DNA from: an uncultured Candidatus Saccharibacteria bacterium
Lineage (GTDB): Bacteria > Patescibacteriota > Minisyncoccia > Phycocordibacterales > UBA5272
Assembly (NCBI GenBank): GCA_964457775.1
Contig: CAYWEW010000007.1
Coordinates: forward strand, 6,961 to 70,960
Reading direction: 5' to 3'
Length of the DNA stretch: 64,000 nucleotides
Shown piece after piece: positions 44,739-54,466 of this stretch (the stretch's first letter is position 1; every line of letters begins with the position of its first letter). The notes beneath the pieces were generated by a model. The model saw nothing but the letters and a program-made list of their open reading frames with translations, did no database searches and was not told the origin of the DNA. Position numbers and translations under genes: made by a program.

Positions 44739-47639
44739 ATGGCTACCCTACAAATCATAAAAAAGAGAAATGGAGAAATTGTTAGTTTTGATATTGGTAA
44801 AATAGAGAAAGTAATTAAAAAAGCTTTCCTTGCAACTAGATTAGACGAGAATGTTGCTGTAGCAAAAAGCATAGCTGGTCTTGTAAAAAGTGAGCTTGAT
44901 TATAAGTTGTTAGTTAACGAAGAAACAACTTTAACTGTGGAGCAGATACAAGATATAGTTGAAAGACATTTGATGTCAGCTGGATTTTTTGATGTAGCAA
45001 AAAAGTATATTATTTATCGTTATGAGCACGAGAAAATACGAGAACAAGAGAAGTTCGAAGTAATAGAAAAGCTAGAAGAAGGGGCTCTCTACGTTACAAA
45101 GCGAAATGGCAAGAAACAAAAGTTTGATATTGAAAAGGTGAAAAAGAGTCTACTCTTTGTTGTTTCCACATTTAATGACGAAGACAAAAATCTTTTCGAA
45201 ACAGATACCGTTCTCAGTCAAGTGAAGTTAGACGTCTTCGAGAATATGACTACTGAGGATATTCAAAAAATATTAATTATGAATATCAGGTCAATGATTG
45301 AACTAGACCCAATTTATTCAAAAGTTGCAGCGAGACTTTTGCTTTCAAAATTATATAGACAAGTTTTTGGTGGTAATTTGGATTTTGAAAATATCAAAAC
45401 CGAGATGAAGAAGTTCTATCCAAAATATATACAGAAGATGGTAGAGTTGAAAAAGTTCGACCCAAGAATGTTGGATTTCAATTTGGAAAAGCTATCCGAA
45501 TATTTGGTATTAGAGAGAGATTATAATTTTGAGTACATGGGACTTGAGATTTTATCATCAAGATATTTAATAGAAGATAGTGAAACTAATCTACCACTCG
45601 AGACTCCACAGATGTTCTGGATGCGTATTGCGATGGGAACTGCATTAGTTGAGGAGAAAGGTAAGAAAGAAGAAATTGCAAAAAACTTCTATGACATTTT
45701 GTCTGAATTTTATTACACACCTGGAGGTAGAACTTTATTCCAATCAGGAACTATCAAGGCACAGTTATCTAATTGTTTCTTGAATGTTGTACCGGATGAC
45801 CTTCGTGAAATATTCAGAATGTATTCTGACAACGCTCAATTATTGAAGTGGTCAGGAGGGGTAGGAACAAGTTGGTCAAAAATTCGTGGTACAGGTGCAA
45901 GGGTAAAATCAGTAGACATCCACTCTCAAGGAGTTGTTCCATATCTTAAGATTGCTAATGATATAAATGTTTGTGTTATGAGAAGTGGCAAGCGTCGCGC
46001 AGCTTCTGTGGTGTACTTGGAAACATGGCACGTTGATATCGAAGACTTCTTGGAACTTCGTAAGAACACAGGAGATGAACGTCGTCGTACTCATGATTTG
46101 AACACAGCCAACTGGATTCCAGATTTGTTTATGGAAAGAGTGAAGAGAGATGAGGAATGGACATTGTTTTCTCCAGACGAGACTCCAGATTTGCCTGAAT
46201 TGTATGGTAAGAAGTTCAACGCTCGTTATGAACAATATGAGCAAATGGCAAAAGAAGGAAAAATTAAATTGTTCAAAACAATAAAAGCAAAAGATCTTTG
46301 GAAGAAAATGATTGGAATGCTTTTCGAAACTGGACACCCTTGGATTTGTTTCAAAGACCCATCCAATATTCGTAGTCCGCAAGACCATGCTGGAGTTATA
46401 CATTCTTCAAATCTTTGTACAGAGATTATGCTTAATACTTCAGAGAATGAGACCGCTGTATGTAATCTAGGCTCAATTAACTTGGCAAAGTTCGTGACCA
46501 AGAATAAGACTATTGATAAGGAATTATTACAGAAGATAGTTAGATATTCTGTGAGAATGATTGATAACACTGTAGATATTAATTATTATCCAACAGAAGA
46601 TAGTAAGGCGTCTAATATGAAGCATAGACCAATTGGACTTGGTGTTCGTGGTTACCATGATGCACTTTATGGTATGGGTATTTTGTTTGATACTAATGAA
46701 GCAGTGGATTTCGCGGATGAATCAATGGAACTTATTTCCTATTACACCATTCTTTCATCAAGTGAGCTTGCAAGAGAGAAGGGCGCTTATCAATCATATG
46801 AAGGTTCAAAGTGGAGTCGTGGAATATTACCACAAGATACAATTGAATTATTAGAAAAAGAAAGAAACACAGTAATTGATATTCCAAAGGGAGGCAAGTT
46901 GGATTGGACACCAGTGAGAAAGCATATCAAGGAATTCGGAATGAGAAATTCTAACACAATGGCGATTGCACCAACTGCATCTACCGCTAACCTTGTTGGA
47001 TGTATTCCAACTGTTGAGCCAATTTATAAGAATATTTATGTGAAGAGTAACAAGGAAGGTGAATTCATTGTTGTGAACAAATATCTAGTTGAAGATTTGA
47101 AGAAAATAAATCTTTGGAATAGAGACATGGTTAATAAGATTAAGTTCTATGACGGTTCTATTCAAGAAATACATGAGATACCACAAGATATCAAGAACAA
47201 ACACAAGGAAGTGTTCGATATCGATCAGAAGTGGCTCATTCTAGCTGCAGCTCGTCGTGGTAAGTGGATTGACCAAGCTCAGTCTATTAATATATTCTTC
47301 AAGGGTTCATCTGGAAAAGATTTGTCAGAAATATATATGCTCGCATATGATCTTGGACTTAAGACAACTTATTATCTTCGAACACTTGGCGCTTCTCAAG
47401 TAGAAAAGTCCACTGTGAACACATCTGAATTCGGCTCAACACACTTAAGAGACGGTAAGGCATCAATTGTTGCTTCATCAACAGCGGTGAATGATATACC
47501 TTCATCTTTTAATCAAGGAGTGAACATGGTTGCCAGTATTCCTGTAGCAAAAGTTGCAGAGGCAATTACAATTGAAAAACCAAAGTATGTAATTTATCGA
47601 CCAGAACAGATAGAAGAATGTGAAGGATGCTCAGCGTAG
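44739..47639 (+). CDS. nrdA: Ribonucleotide reductase class I alpha subunit with two N-terminal ATP-cone domains
   Basis: ATP-cones (KRNGEIVSFDIGKI and KRNGKKQKFDIEKV), active-site NLCTEI, and a C-terminal CEGCSA tail. Confidence 0.9.
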   Translation: MATLQIIKKRNGEIVSFDIGKIEKVIKKAFLATRLDENVAVAKSIAGLVKSELDYKLLVNEETTLTVEQIQDIVERHLMSAGFFDVAKKYIIYRYEHEKIREQEKFEVIEKLEEGALYVTKRNGKKQKFDIEKVKKSLLFVVSTFNDEDKNLFETDTVLSQVKLDVFENMTTEDIQKILIMNIRSMIELDPIYSKVAARLLLSKLYRQVFGGNLDFENIKTEMKKFYPKYIQKMVELKKFDPRMLDFNLEKLSEYLVLERDYNFEYMGLEILSSRYLIEDSETNLPLETPQMFWMRIAMGTALVEEKGKKEEIAKNFYDILSEFYYTPGGRTLFQSGTIKAQLSNCFLNVVPDDLREIFRMYSDNAQLLKWSGGVGTSWSKIRGTGARVKSVDIHSQGVVPYLKIANDINVCVMRSGKRRAASVVYLETWHVDIEDFLELRKNTGDERRRTHDLNTANWIPDLFMERVKRDEEWTLFSPDETPDLPELYGKKFNARYEQYEQMAKEGKIKLFKTIKAKDLWKKMIGMLFETGHPWICFKDPSNIRSPQDHAGVIHSSNLCTEIMLNTSENETAVCNLGSINLAKFVTKNKTIDKELLQKIVRYSVRMIDNTVDINYYPTEDSKASNMKHRPIGLGVRGYHDALYGMGILFDTNEAVDFADESMELISYYTILSSSELAREKGAYQSYEGSKWSRGILPQDTIELLEKERNTVIDIPKGGKLDWTPVRKHIKEFGMRNSNTMAIAPTASTANLVGCIPTVEPIYKNIYVKSNKEGEFIVVNKYLVEDLKKINLWNRDMVNKIKFYDGSIQEIHEIPQDIKNKHKEVFDIDQKWLILAAARRGKWIDQAQSINIFFKGSSGKDLSEIYMLAYDLGLKTTYYLRTLGASQVEKSTVNTSEFGSTHLRDGKASIVASSTAVNDIPSSFNQGVNMVASIPVAKVAEAITIEKPKYVIYRPEQIEECEGCSA

Positions 47640-47683
47640 CTCAAAATTATAAACCGTTAGAAATTATTAAATAAAAATATATC

Positions 47684-48718
47684 ATGCCTATTATACCGAC
47701 CACCCAAAAGATTGATATCAATCAAAGAAAAATCATCAATGGAAAAGATGCTGATGTTATGCAACTTTATCCGATGAAGCATACTTATGCATGGGATACA
47801 TATCTCGCTGCAAATGCCAATCACTGGCTCCCAACCGAAATATCAATGCAAAGAGATATTGAACAATGGAAGAGTAAAGATACTCTTACTCAAGATGAGA
47901 GAGATGCTTTCGAGACAGTGCTTGGATTCTTCTCCACCGCGGACTCACTCGCCGCGAATAATGTGGTACTCGCATTCTATAAGCACATCACTAGTCCAGA
48001 AGTTAGAATGTATCTTCTTCGTCAAGGTTATGAAGAGGCGATTCATACACATTCATATCAATATATTGTGGAGTCACTTGGGCTAGATCAAGGCAAAATC
48101 TTCAACATGTATCGTGAGAAAAAGGCCATATATGATAAGGATAATTTGGTTTTGTCATTGAATGAAGGAATATTTGATGATAATTTCCATACAGGAACAT
48201 TTGAAAATGACCAGAAGTTTTTGGAGAATATGTGTGTGTTCTCACTCATTATGGAAGGACTATTCTTCTATTCTTCTTTTGCGGTGATGTTTGGTCTTCA
48301 GCGACAAAATAAAATGACAGCGAGTGCAGAGCAGATACAATATATTATGCGTGATGAATCCAATCACTTGAACTTCGGTGTGTTCATGATTAACACTATT
48401 AAGGAAGAACAGCCAGAGTTGTGGACTCCAGAATTCCAACAGCATATTATTGATTTGATGAAGCGCGCGGTTGACCTTGAGTATGAGTTCGCTATTACAG
48501 TTTTCCCTAAAGGAATATTCGGTATGAATGCGCAAGGGTTCAGACAATATACTGAGCATATTGCAGACAGACGTTTGAATGCTGTTGGTTTGCCTTCAGT
48601 ATATGGCTCAGCGAATCCATTCCCATGGATGAGTGAGGCGATTGATTTGTCGAAGGAGAAGAATTTCTTTGAGACCCGCGTGACCGAGTACAAAGTTGGT
48701 GGCACCCTAGAATGGTAA
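47684..48718 (+). CDS. nrdB: Ribonucleotide reductase class I beta subunit
   Basis: Di-iron ligand motifs EEAIHTHSY and ESNH. Follows nrdA. Confidence 0.9.
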   Translation: MPIIPTTQKIDINQRKIINGKDADVMQLYPMKHTYAWDTYLAANANHWLPTEISMQRDIEQWKSKDTLTQDERDAFETVLGFFSTADSLAANNVVLAFYKHITSPEVRMYLLRQGYEEAIHTHSYQYIVESLGLDQGKIFNMYREKKAIYDKDNLVLSLNEGIFDDNFHTGTFENDQKFLENMCVFSLIMEGLFFYSSFAVMFGLQRQNKMTASAEQIQYIMRDESNHLNFGVFMINTIKEEQPELWTPEFQQHIIDLMKRAVDLEYEFAITVFPKGIFGMNAQGFRQYTEHIADRRLNAVGLPSVYGSANPFPWMSEAIDLSKEKNFFETRVTEYKVGGTLEW

Positions 48719-48876
48719 CTATTTCGCAATAAATTACTTCATCTACTTCGTTATGGAGCCTCGCGTGCTCGTCAACGTAGACCTACTACGTCTCCTCGCA
48801 CGCACTCCATGCCTCGTATCTAAAGCAATTTCTTGTGAAATAGAATTAATTATTTAATAATTTAAACAAAATTAAA

Positions 48877-49344
48877 ATGTCATCTGTTGAGATACTTCAC
48901 ATTAAAGACGAAGTTTATGTTTCCATTGGAAAATTAATTTTAACTTTCTCTCAAATAGAATGGTTAATGTCAAATGCAATACTTTTTGGAAAAACTTTAC
49001 CTCATGAATATATAAAAATTAAAGATTTAAAAATAACCCAAGAGTATTTTTTAGTTTTACTCAAGTTAAATTTTTCAAGAAAAATAGAATTACTAAATAA
49101 ACTTGGTTTTAATTGTGAGACATTGAGACAGATAGGAGATTATAGAAATACAATGACACATGGTTTATTATTCCGTGGCACTGTTAAAAATTTATCTAAA
49201 CCAGAAAGTAATGCTGAGCAACTAGATAGTTCTAATATTATTGCAAATATTAATTTATTAGAAAAAGAAGGTGGAAAATTAATTGATTTTATTACTTCAA
49301 AAGGCCATGTATTATTGTCAGAAGTAGATAAAAAAATAATTTGA
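48877..49344 (+). CDS. Hypothetical protein (155 aa), very AT-rich
   Basis: Intact ORF with about 27% GC. No recognised motif. Confidence 0.4.
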   Translation: MSSVEILHIKDEVYVSIGKLILTFSQIEWLMSNAILFGKTLPHEYIKIKDLKITQEYFLVLLKLNFSRKIELLNKLGFNCETLRQIGDYRNTMTHGLLFRGTVKNLSKPESNAEQLDSSNIIANINLLEKEGGKLIDFITSKGHVLLSEVDKKII

Positions 49345-49360
49345 GGTATAATACAACTCT

Positions 49361-49921
49361 ATGAATATAAAAAATATTGAAATTATTGGTGTGGTGTTGG
49401 GGGTTGTTTTGACTGGGTGGTTTTTGATGAGTATTATGCAGGGGTCAAAGGTAACTACAGAGGCAACATCGGTAAGTGATGTTAAGACAAATACAACAGC
49501 AGAAACAAAGGTTGAAACAAAAGTAGAACAACCAAATGCAACAACAAATAATAATACAAATTTAAATACAAATAAAACTATGACAAAAGTAACAGAATTA
49601 ATAATGGAAGATGAGGTGGTAGGAACAGGTGCAGTAGCAAAAGCGGGAGACAGTGTAACTGTACATTATGTTGGAACACTTATGGACGGAACAGTTTTCG
49701 ATGCATCTAAACCAAGAGGCAATCAAGGATTCACATTTACATTAGGTGCTGGTCAAGTTATCAAAGGATGGGATGTCGGTGTTGCAGGAATGAAAGTGGG
49801 CGGCAAGCGTAAGCTGACTATTCCATCTGACATGGCATATGGTAATCAAGCAGTAGGTGGTGTTATTCCAGCGAACTCAGACCTAATCTTTGAAGTAGAA
49901 CTTCTAAGTACAGGCAAGTAA
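49361..49921 (+). CDS. Membrane-anchored FKBP-type peptidyl-prolyl cis-trans isomerase
   Basis: N-terminal TM and a Thr/Asn-rich linker. FKBP core VTVHYVGTLMDGTVFDAS...GAGQVIKGWD...LIFEVELL. Confidence 0.85.
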   Translation: MNIKNIEIIGVVLGVVLTGWFLMSIMQGSKVTTEATSVSDVKTNTTAETKVETKVEQPNATTNNNTNLNTNKTMTKVTELIMEDEVVGTGAVAKAGDSVTVHYVGTLMDGTVFDASKPRGNQGFTFTLGAGQVIKGWDVGVAGMKVGGKRKLTIPSDMAYGNQAVGGVIPANSDLIFEVELLSTGK

Positions 49922-49950
49922 ATTTTAGGTTTTAAAATAAGTTATAAAAT

Positions 49951-49984
49951 AAGAGCAACTACGAAGTAGTTGCTCTTATTTTAT
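49951..49984 (+). terminator. Rho-independent terminator after the FKBP gene
   Basis: aagagcaactac-gaa-gtagttgctctt followed by attttat. Confidence 0.75.
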
Positions 49985-50004
49985 ATAGACAAGCTGTTAG
50001 TATA

Positions 50005-50225
50005 TAAAAAAGCGAGGTAAAGGTTTCCCTTTATCTCGCTTTCAAGTTCAGATACCTGGACCCATAAGTGACCACGGCACTATTCTGGACTTATCAGGTT
50101 ATCTTAAGCAAGGCAAACGAATCAGCTCATTATCCGATTGTCCATCTTTCGATGGAAGTTTGAGGCGACGTTAATGCGTTGCGTGGCTGGTAGTTGATAA
50201 AGGCCTTCTAATCACTATTTTATCA
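50005..50225 (-). ncRNA. Candidate minus-strand small RNA of unknown family, ending in an intrinsic terminator
   Basis: A 400-bp ORF-free region. On the minus strand the hairpin agcgagataaagg-gaaacc-tttacctcgct is followed by ttttttatata, whereas on the plus strand it has no U-run. The minus strand also carries a GNRA hairpin ccatc-gaaa-gatgg and a promoter-like tatgat upstream. No minus-strand CDS is nearby. Confidence 0.3.
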
Positions 50226-50318
50226 TATAGTAGTATTTTTTAATATTTATTTGGGGATAGTAAATTAGCTAACAGCTAAAGGCTACTAGCTAAAAGCTCT
50301 ATCTGATATACTATATTC

Positions 50319-51263
50319 ATGATAAAAGGATCTCGTAGTCTTCCAGATATTGCAGTGCTTCGTGGAGGTAAAAAAGAATTTAAACAATCCCTAGCAGAAG
50401 GGGCTGAAGTTCTTACTTCTCTTACAAAATTAGGATATCAACCACTAGATGTACTTATTGACGGAGAGGGGAATTGGACTTGTAAAGGAAAGCCGACAGA
50501 TGCGCATATGATTTTTACTACAGCTCACACTGTTGTTGACACCACAAGAACTAAAGGAGAAAAGTATCATGAATTAGCCAAGAAGATGAATGTACCACTT
50601 CTTTTTTCTCAAGCACACGATGTACATTTGGACAGAGAGGATATGTATAAAATATTAAGACAACAAGGAGTAAAAGTCCCAGATACAGTTGTAGTAAGAG
50701 CCAAGGCTCCACTTAAGGATAGTCTGTTCCGTGATTTATGGTCGAAGTATCACACACCACTTTTGGTTAGACCACTAAAAAGAAATGATGAAGCACCTTC
50801 AAGATTAATAAAATTATTTTCTGATTTAGAAAAAACAATACGCGATTATCATCGTAAGGGTATTGATATGCACATCATGACATATCGCAAAGCGCCAACA
50901 CTTTCTATTGCCTTACTACCAAACTTTCGTAATCAAAGTTTATATGTTCCAGTTTGGGTTGAAACTTTTAATATAGAAAATGAAATCCCGAACCGTGATT
51001 CTATTGTTCGCGCACATTTACAAGCGCCACAAGATAAGAAGAATGCAATGAAAGACCTAGCAACCAAAGTGTATAAGGCACTAGATTTATCTGGACCGGC
51101 TACAGTTGATGTTATTCATTATAATAATGAACATGTTGTTGTGAATGTTGATACATCTCCTTCACTTAGAAAAGATGGTAGATTTATGCAAGCACTTGAG
51201 ACAACAGGAGCTGACGCAGGGCACTATATCCATTCACATATACAAAACGAATTCGAGAAGTAA
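50319..51263 (+). CDS. ATP-grasp protein of the D-alanine--D-alanine ligase family (divergent)
   Basis: N-terminal IAVLRGGKKEFKQSLAEGAEV resembles the Ddl N-domain (VAVLFGGRSAERE-VSL-SG). The central ATP-grasp region is present but the GSS motif is degenerate. Confidence 0.45.
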   Translation: MIKGSRSLPDIAVLRGGKKEFKQSLAEGAEVLTSLTKLGYQPLDVLIDGEGNWTCKGKPTDAHMIFTTAHTVVDTTRTKGEKYHELAKKMNVPLLFSQAHDVHLDREDMYKILRQQGVKVPDTVVVRAKAPLKDSLFRDLWSKYHTPLLVRPLKRNDEAPSRLIKLFSDLEKTIRDYHRKGIDMHIMTYRKAPTLSIALLPNFRNQSLYVPVWVETFNIENEIPNRDSIVRAHLQAPQDKKNAMKDLATKVYKALDLSGPATVDVIHYNNEHVVVNVDTSPSLRKDGRFMQALETTGADAGHYIHSHIQNEFEK

Positions 51264-51293
51264 AATATCTTTTGCTTTTTAATAAATTCAAAT

Positions 51294-51701
51294 TTAATCA
51301 GCGAAATATTTTTCTAGTATTTTAAAATAAGTATTCCCATCATCTAGTTTTTTATAATTATCTTTTGTAACCCAAGAAAAGTTGGAGTGTTCATCACTCA
51401 TTTTGACTTCTCCAGAAACATAGTCACATTTATATCCAACAAGGAAAAGTTTATTACCAGCTAGTCTGTGTTCAGAAGGGATTATATAATTCCATGTCGC
51501 AAAAGGTTCACCAACGTTAATTTCTAATCCAGTCTCTTCCATAACTTCACGTTTAAGAGATTCAATTAAGTCAGTTTCATGTTCTTGAATTTTGCCACCA
51601 GGGTAGTCTACTCTCCACCTTGAGTCAGCTAGTACGAGTACCTCATCTCCTTTTTTGATAAAGGCTTTTTGTCCAACATAATATAAGGCATCTTCTTTCA
51701 T
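51294..51701 (-). CDS. Nudix hydrolase (MutT-like)
   Basis: Nudix box GGKIQEHETDLIESLKREVMEETG. Confidence 0.8.
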   Translation of the reverse strand: MKEDALYYVGQKAFIKKGDEVLVLADSRWRVDYPGGKIQEHETDLIESLKREVMEETGLEINVGEPFATWNYIIPSEHRLAGNKLFLVGYKCDYVSGEVKMSDEHSNFSWVTKDNYKKLDDGNTYFKILEKYFAD

Positions 51702-51787
51702 AGTTTTTTATTATATCAGAGTTTTGTATTTTTTTTATATCGAAATATGTTGAGTGTGTTTTAGTTCAGATATTGAGTCAGGTACGA

Positions 51788-51852
51788 GGTATAGGAAAAT
51801 TTTTGACTGAAATGTACAGCTAGTACATTGAAAGAAAAAATTTTCCTATACC
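51788..51852. repeat. Nested palindromic element A: 17-bp perfect arms ggtataggaaaattttt / aaaaattttcctatacc enclosing an inner hairpin atgtac-agcta-gtacat
   Basis: Read from the sequence. Lies in a 750-bp ORF-poor region. Confidence 0.6.
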
Positions 51853-51920
51853 GAAGTAGATGGCGCAATATATGGATAATAAAATATATTTACCAAATAA
51901 AACAGTTTAAGATGCGAGGC

Positions 51921-51982
51921 GGAAGAAATTTTTACGACCAAGACGTACGAGTAGTACGTCGCGTGGAGGAAAAATTTCTTCC
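51921..51982. repeat. Nested palindromic element B: 13-bp perfect arms ggaagaaattttt / aaaaatttcttcc enclosing an inner hairpin gacgtac-gagta-gtacgtc
   Basis: Same architecture as element A (GGNNGAAAATTTTT arms, GTAC-containing inner stem with a 5-nt loop), 70 bp downstream. Confidence 0.6.
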
Positions 51983-52013
51983 AACAAAGCAGATTGAACT
52001 GTTTTACAAGGTA

Positions 52014-52054
52014 AAGTAAAAACCGCCCCTCTGGTAAGTACGGCGGTTTTTACT
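52014..52054. terminator. Long (13-bp) stem-loop with U-runs on both sides, a bidirectional terminator
   Basis: agtaaaaaccgcc-(cctctggtaagtac)-ggcggtttttact. Confidence 0.6.
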
Positions 52055-52410
52055 TTGTTACTTTAAATATTAAAGTGACGTCTTTGTTTGATGCGTTACG
52101 GTTGCTTCTGGCTTCCGTTTTTGTTAGTAAGGTTTTAATTTACTTCCAGTTGTTTGAAGCCGCATCTGCTTTTTTATCGGCATCGATATTTGTGATTATA
52201 AGTTCACATTTATCTTCATAGACTCCAAGACCTATCCCTTGATATTCTTTTCTATAGTACTAAAAGCTGATAATGAAACAACTGTCTATACATAGTGTAA
52301 CAACTCATCGTATTATACTCAAGCAAAAGCAACAAAGTTATTCACACCCCCATAAAACAGTCAGTAGTGAATAGGGTGTAGATGGTAGTAGAATTCTAGA
52401 TATACTTTTT

Positions 52411-52456
52411 CTACACGCTACACGCTACACGCTACACGCTACACGCTACACGCTAC
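52411..52456. repeat. Heptanucleotide microsatellite (CTACACG)x6.5. The last unit supplies the TAG stop codon of the minus-strand rluB-like gene.
   Basis: Perfect tandem copies read directly. An inverted partial copy gggtgtag lies 30 bp upstream. Confidence 0.9.
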
Positions 52457-53145
52457 TTACTAACTCCGCATTCAGTAAGTAAAGTTTCAACTTGTTTTGG
52501 TGTAAGTATATGTACTGCTCCAGACTTTAGGCCACGAACGACAAATGACATAATACGTACACGCTTAAGAGATACAACAGTTAAATTAAGTGCATTTAAC
52601 ATGCGACGGATTTCATGCTTTTTTCCTTCAGTTAAAATGATTCTAAGAGAGTAACCTTCTTTATAAATAGAAACAGATTTAACAGGGGCGTATTCAGCTT
52701 CTTGAGTCCTAATTCCCTTTTTAAGAAGGGTTACTACGCGGGGGGTTGCCTTTTCTCGTATAACTACTTCATACTCCTTCTCACGGCCATATTTTGGGTT
52801 AAGGAGGGCATCAACAACGCGATAGTCATTACTATAAAGCAACAATCCTTCACTTTCCTTATCAAGTCTTCCAAGAGGTTCACATCCTGGTATATTTGTA
52901 TTCTTGCCCGTTACTTCTCCACGAGGTTTGTTGTAGAGCGCATAAACCAAATCCTTTGAAATAGCTTTCACACGAACAATATCATTTTCGGAAACTTTAC
53001 TACCTAATGTTGCTGGCTTGTTATTAATAGTCACATAATTTTTAGTAATGTAATCATCAATAGTACGTCGAGAGCCAACACCTTCATCACGCAAGAAAGC
53101 GTTAATACGAATTGGATCTTTTGATTTTACTTTTATTTCTTTCAT
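52453..53145 (-). CDS. Pseudouridine synthase, RsuA/RluB family (S4 domain plus catalytic domain)
   Basis: S4-like N-terminus (RINAFLRDEGVGSRR) and the catalytic GRLDKESEGLLLYSND motif. Confidence 0.8.
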   Translation of the reverse strand: MKEIKVKSKDPIRINAFLRDEGVGSRRTIDDYITKNYVTINNKPATLGSKVSENDIVRVKAISKDLVYALYNKPRGEVTGKNTNIPGCEPLGRLDKESEGLLLYSNDYRVVDALLNPKYGREKEYEVVIREKATPRVVTLLKKGIRTQEAEYAPVKSVSIYKEGYSLRIILTEGKKHEIRRMLNALNLTVVSLKRVRIMSFVVRGLKSGAVHILTPKQVETLLTECGVSK

Positions 53146-53150
53146 ATTTT

Positions 53151-54362
53151 TTATTGATGATGTTGGTGATTATTTGTAGGAGTGATGTGTATTCTCAAAG
53201 CATGAGATATTCCCCACAATATAACACATCCCAAGAGGATAAACATTATTTGTGGTCTTTCAATAAGTAGTGGCGCAAAAATAAAACCAAGACTACCAAC
53301 TAGAATGATTGATATTCCTCTTATATTCATAAACAACGCTGTAAGAGACGCATCCTCTGGGCCAATTTTTTTAAAGAAGGCAGTATATGCCATAGTTTCA
53401 GTAGCTGATGTACCAATACGAGAAACGAAGAAAAGCATAGCCCAAACAAGTGGATTGGAACTATTAAGAACAACACACAAAAATGTTGTCACTGCCATAA
53501 TAAGTAAACCAATGATTAGTATGTTCTTCTCACCATAGCGTCCATCTGCTATATGACCAAGCTCATACGGAAGGACAACAAGAGGTATAAGTGCTATCGG
53601 TAGGATATAAGTAAGATATGTTGTAAGAGGTATACCAAGCGTCACAAGATACAATGGAGAGTAGATAATCATTGTAGAATAAAAAGATTCAACCGCTAAA
53701 TCTGCGATAAAAATAGATTTTAAATTTTTATCTTTGGTTACTTTTCTCAAAGCGCCCCAAACATCAACCTTAGTATATGATGGTTCCTTTATGTGTGTTA
53801 AGTATCTGTGTAAGAAATAAAGAAATGGCAAAAGCACTAATGATGCGACAATATATAGTACTTTGAAAGAACTGTGTGCCAAAATAAATCCACCAATTAG
53901 AGGTGAGGCCAATACTCCTAAATTTAAAATAGTAAGGAATAGTCCACGTATACTTCCGGTCTCCGCATCTTTGCTAAAACTTTCAATGAAGATGTTTAAA
54001 CTAATATATAGAAATGATTGAAGAACAATGTGTATTATAAAAAACAACCCAATTACAAAAAGATTATCTGTGACAGCAAATGTAATAGTTGAAATAATTT
54101 CTGCAATAACTAGAAAGAAAGTGAATCCATAAGTATGAAAACGTCTTATTGATTTTGAAATTGAAACTGAAGCAACCAAAGTAGCAACACTAGCTATAAC
54201 GTATAAAGCACTCACATATGCAGAATTAAAATGCATATGCAGAAATGAAGAAGTTGCATACAAAGGAATAGCATAATGTAATGCATACAAAATCGTCAAC
54301 ATATATGTGACGAGAAGTAATTTATTCTTAAGTATAGAATGCATAATAATATAGTATATCAA
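53151..54362 (-). CDS. MFS-type transporter (12 TM)
   Basis: Twelve hydrophobic segments in a 6+6 arrangement. Confidence 0.7.
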   Translation of the reverse strand: MIYYIIMHSILKNKLLLVTYMLTILYALHYAIPLYATSSFLHMHFNSAYVSALYVIASVATLVASVSISKSIRRFHTYGFTFFLVIAEIISTITFAVTDNLFVIGLFFIIHIVLQSFLYISLNIFIESFSKDAETGSIRGLFLTILNLGVLASPLIGGFILAHSSFKVLYIVASLVLLPFLYFLHRYLTHIKEPSYTKVDVWGALRKVTKDKNLKSIFIADLAVESFYSTMIIYSPLYLVTLGIPLTTYLTYILPIALIPLVVLPYELGHIADGRYGEKNILIIGLLIMAVTTFLCVVLNSSNPLVWAMLFFVSRIGTSATETMAYTAFFKKIGPEDASLTALFMNIRGISIILVGSLGFIFAPLLIERPQIMFILLGCVILWGISHALRIHITPTNNHQHHQ

Positions 54363-54402
54363 ACATAGTATGCATCTAGTAGTTGATAGCTTGTTACAAA
54401 AT

Positions 54403-54440
54403 TAATACTGCGCAACGCCGAAGCTGTTGCGCAGTATTAA
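54403..54440 (-). terminator. Terminator hairpin downstream of rnj (minus strand)
   Basis: ttaatactgcgcaac-gccgaagct-gttgcgcagtattaa. The minus strand continues aattttgt. Confidence 0.6.
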
Positions 54441-54466
54441 GTACTAGCGTTGGTAATTATCTATAA

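Noticed and set aside
51828-52019. 63-aa ORF between the Nudix and rluB-like genes
   Set aside because: It traverses both nested palindromic elements and ends at the bidirectional terminator. It is most likely an artefact of the palindromes. A short Arg-rich peptide starting from the ATG at 51911 cannot be excluded.
52411-52456. CRISPR array?
   Set aside because: The repeats are contiguous 7-mers with no spacers and no cas genes, so this is a microsatellite.
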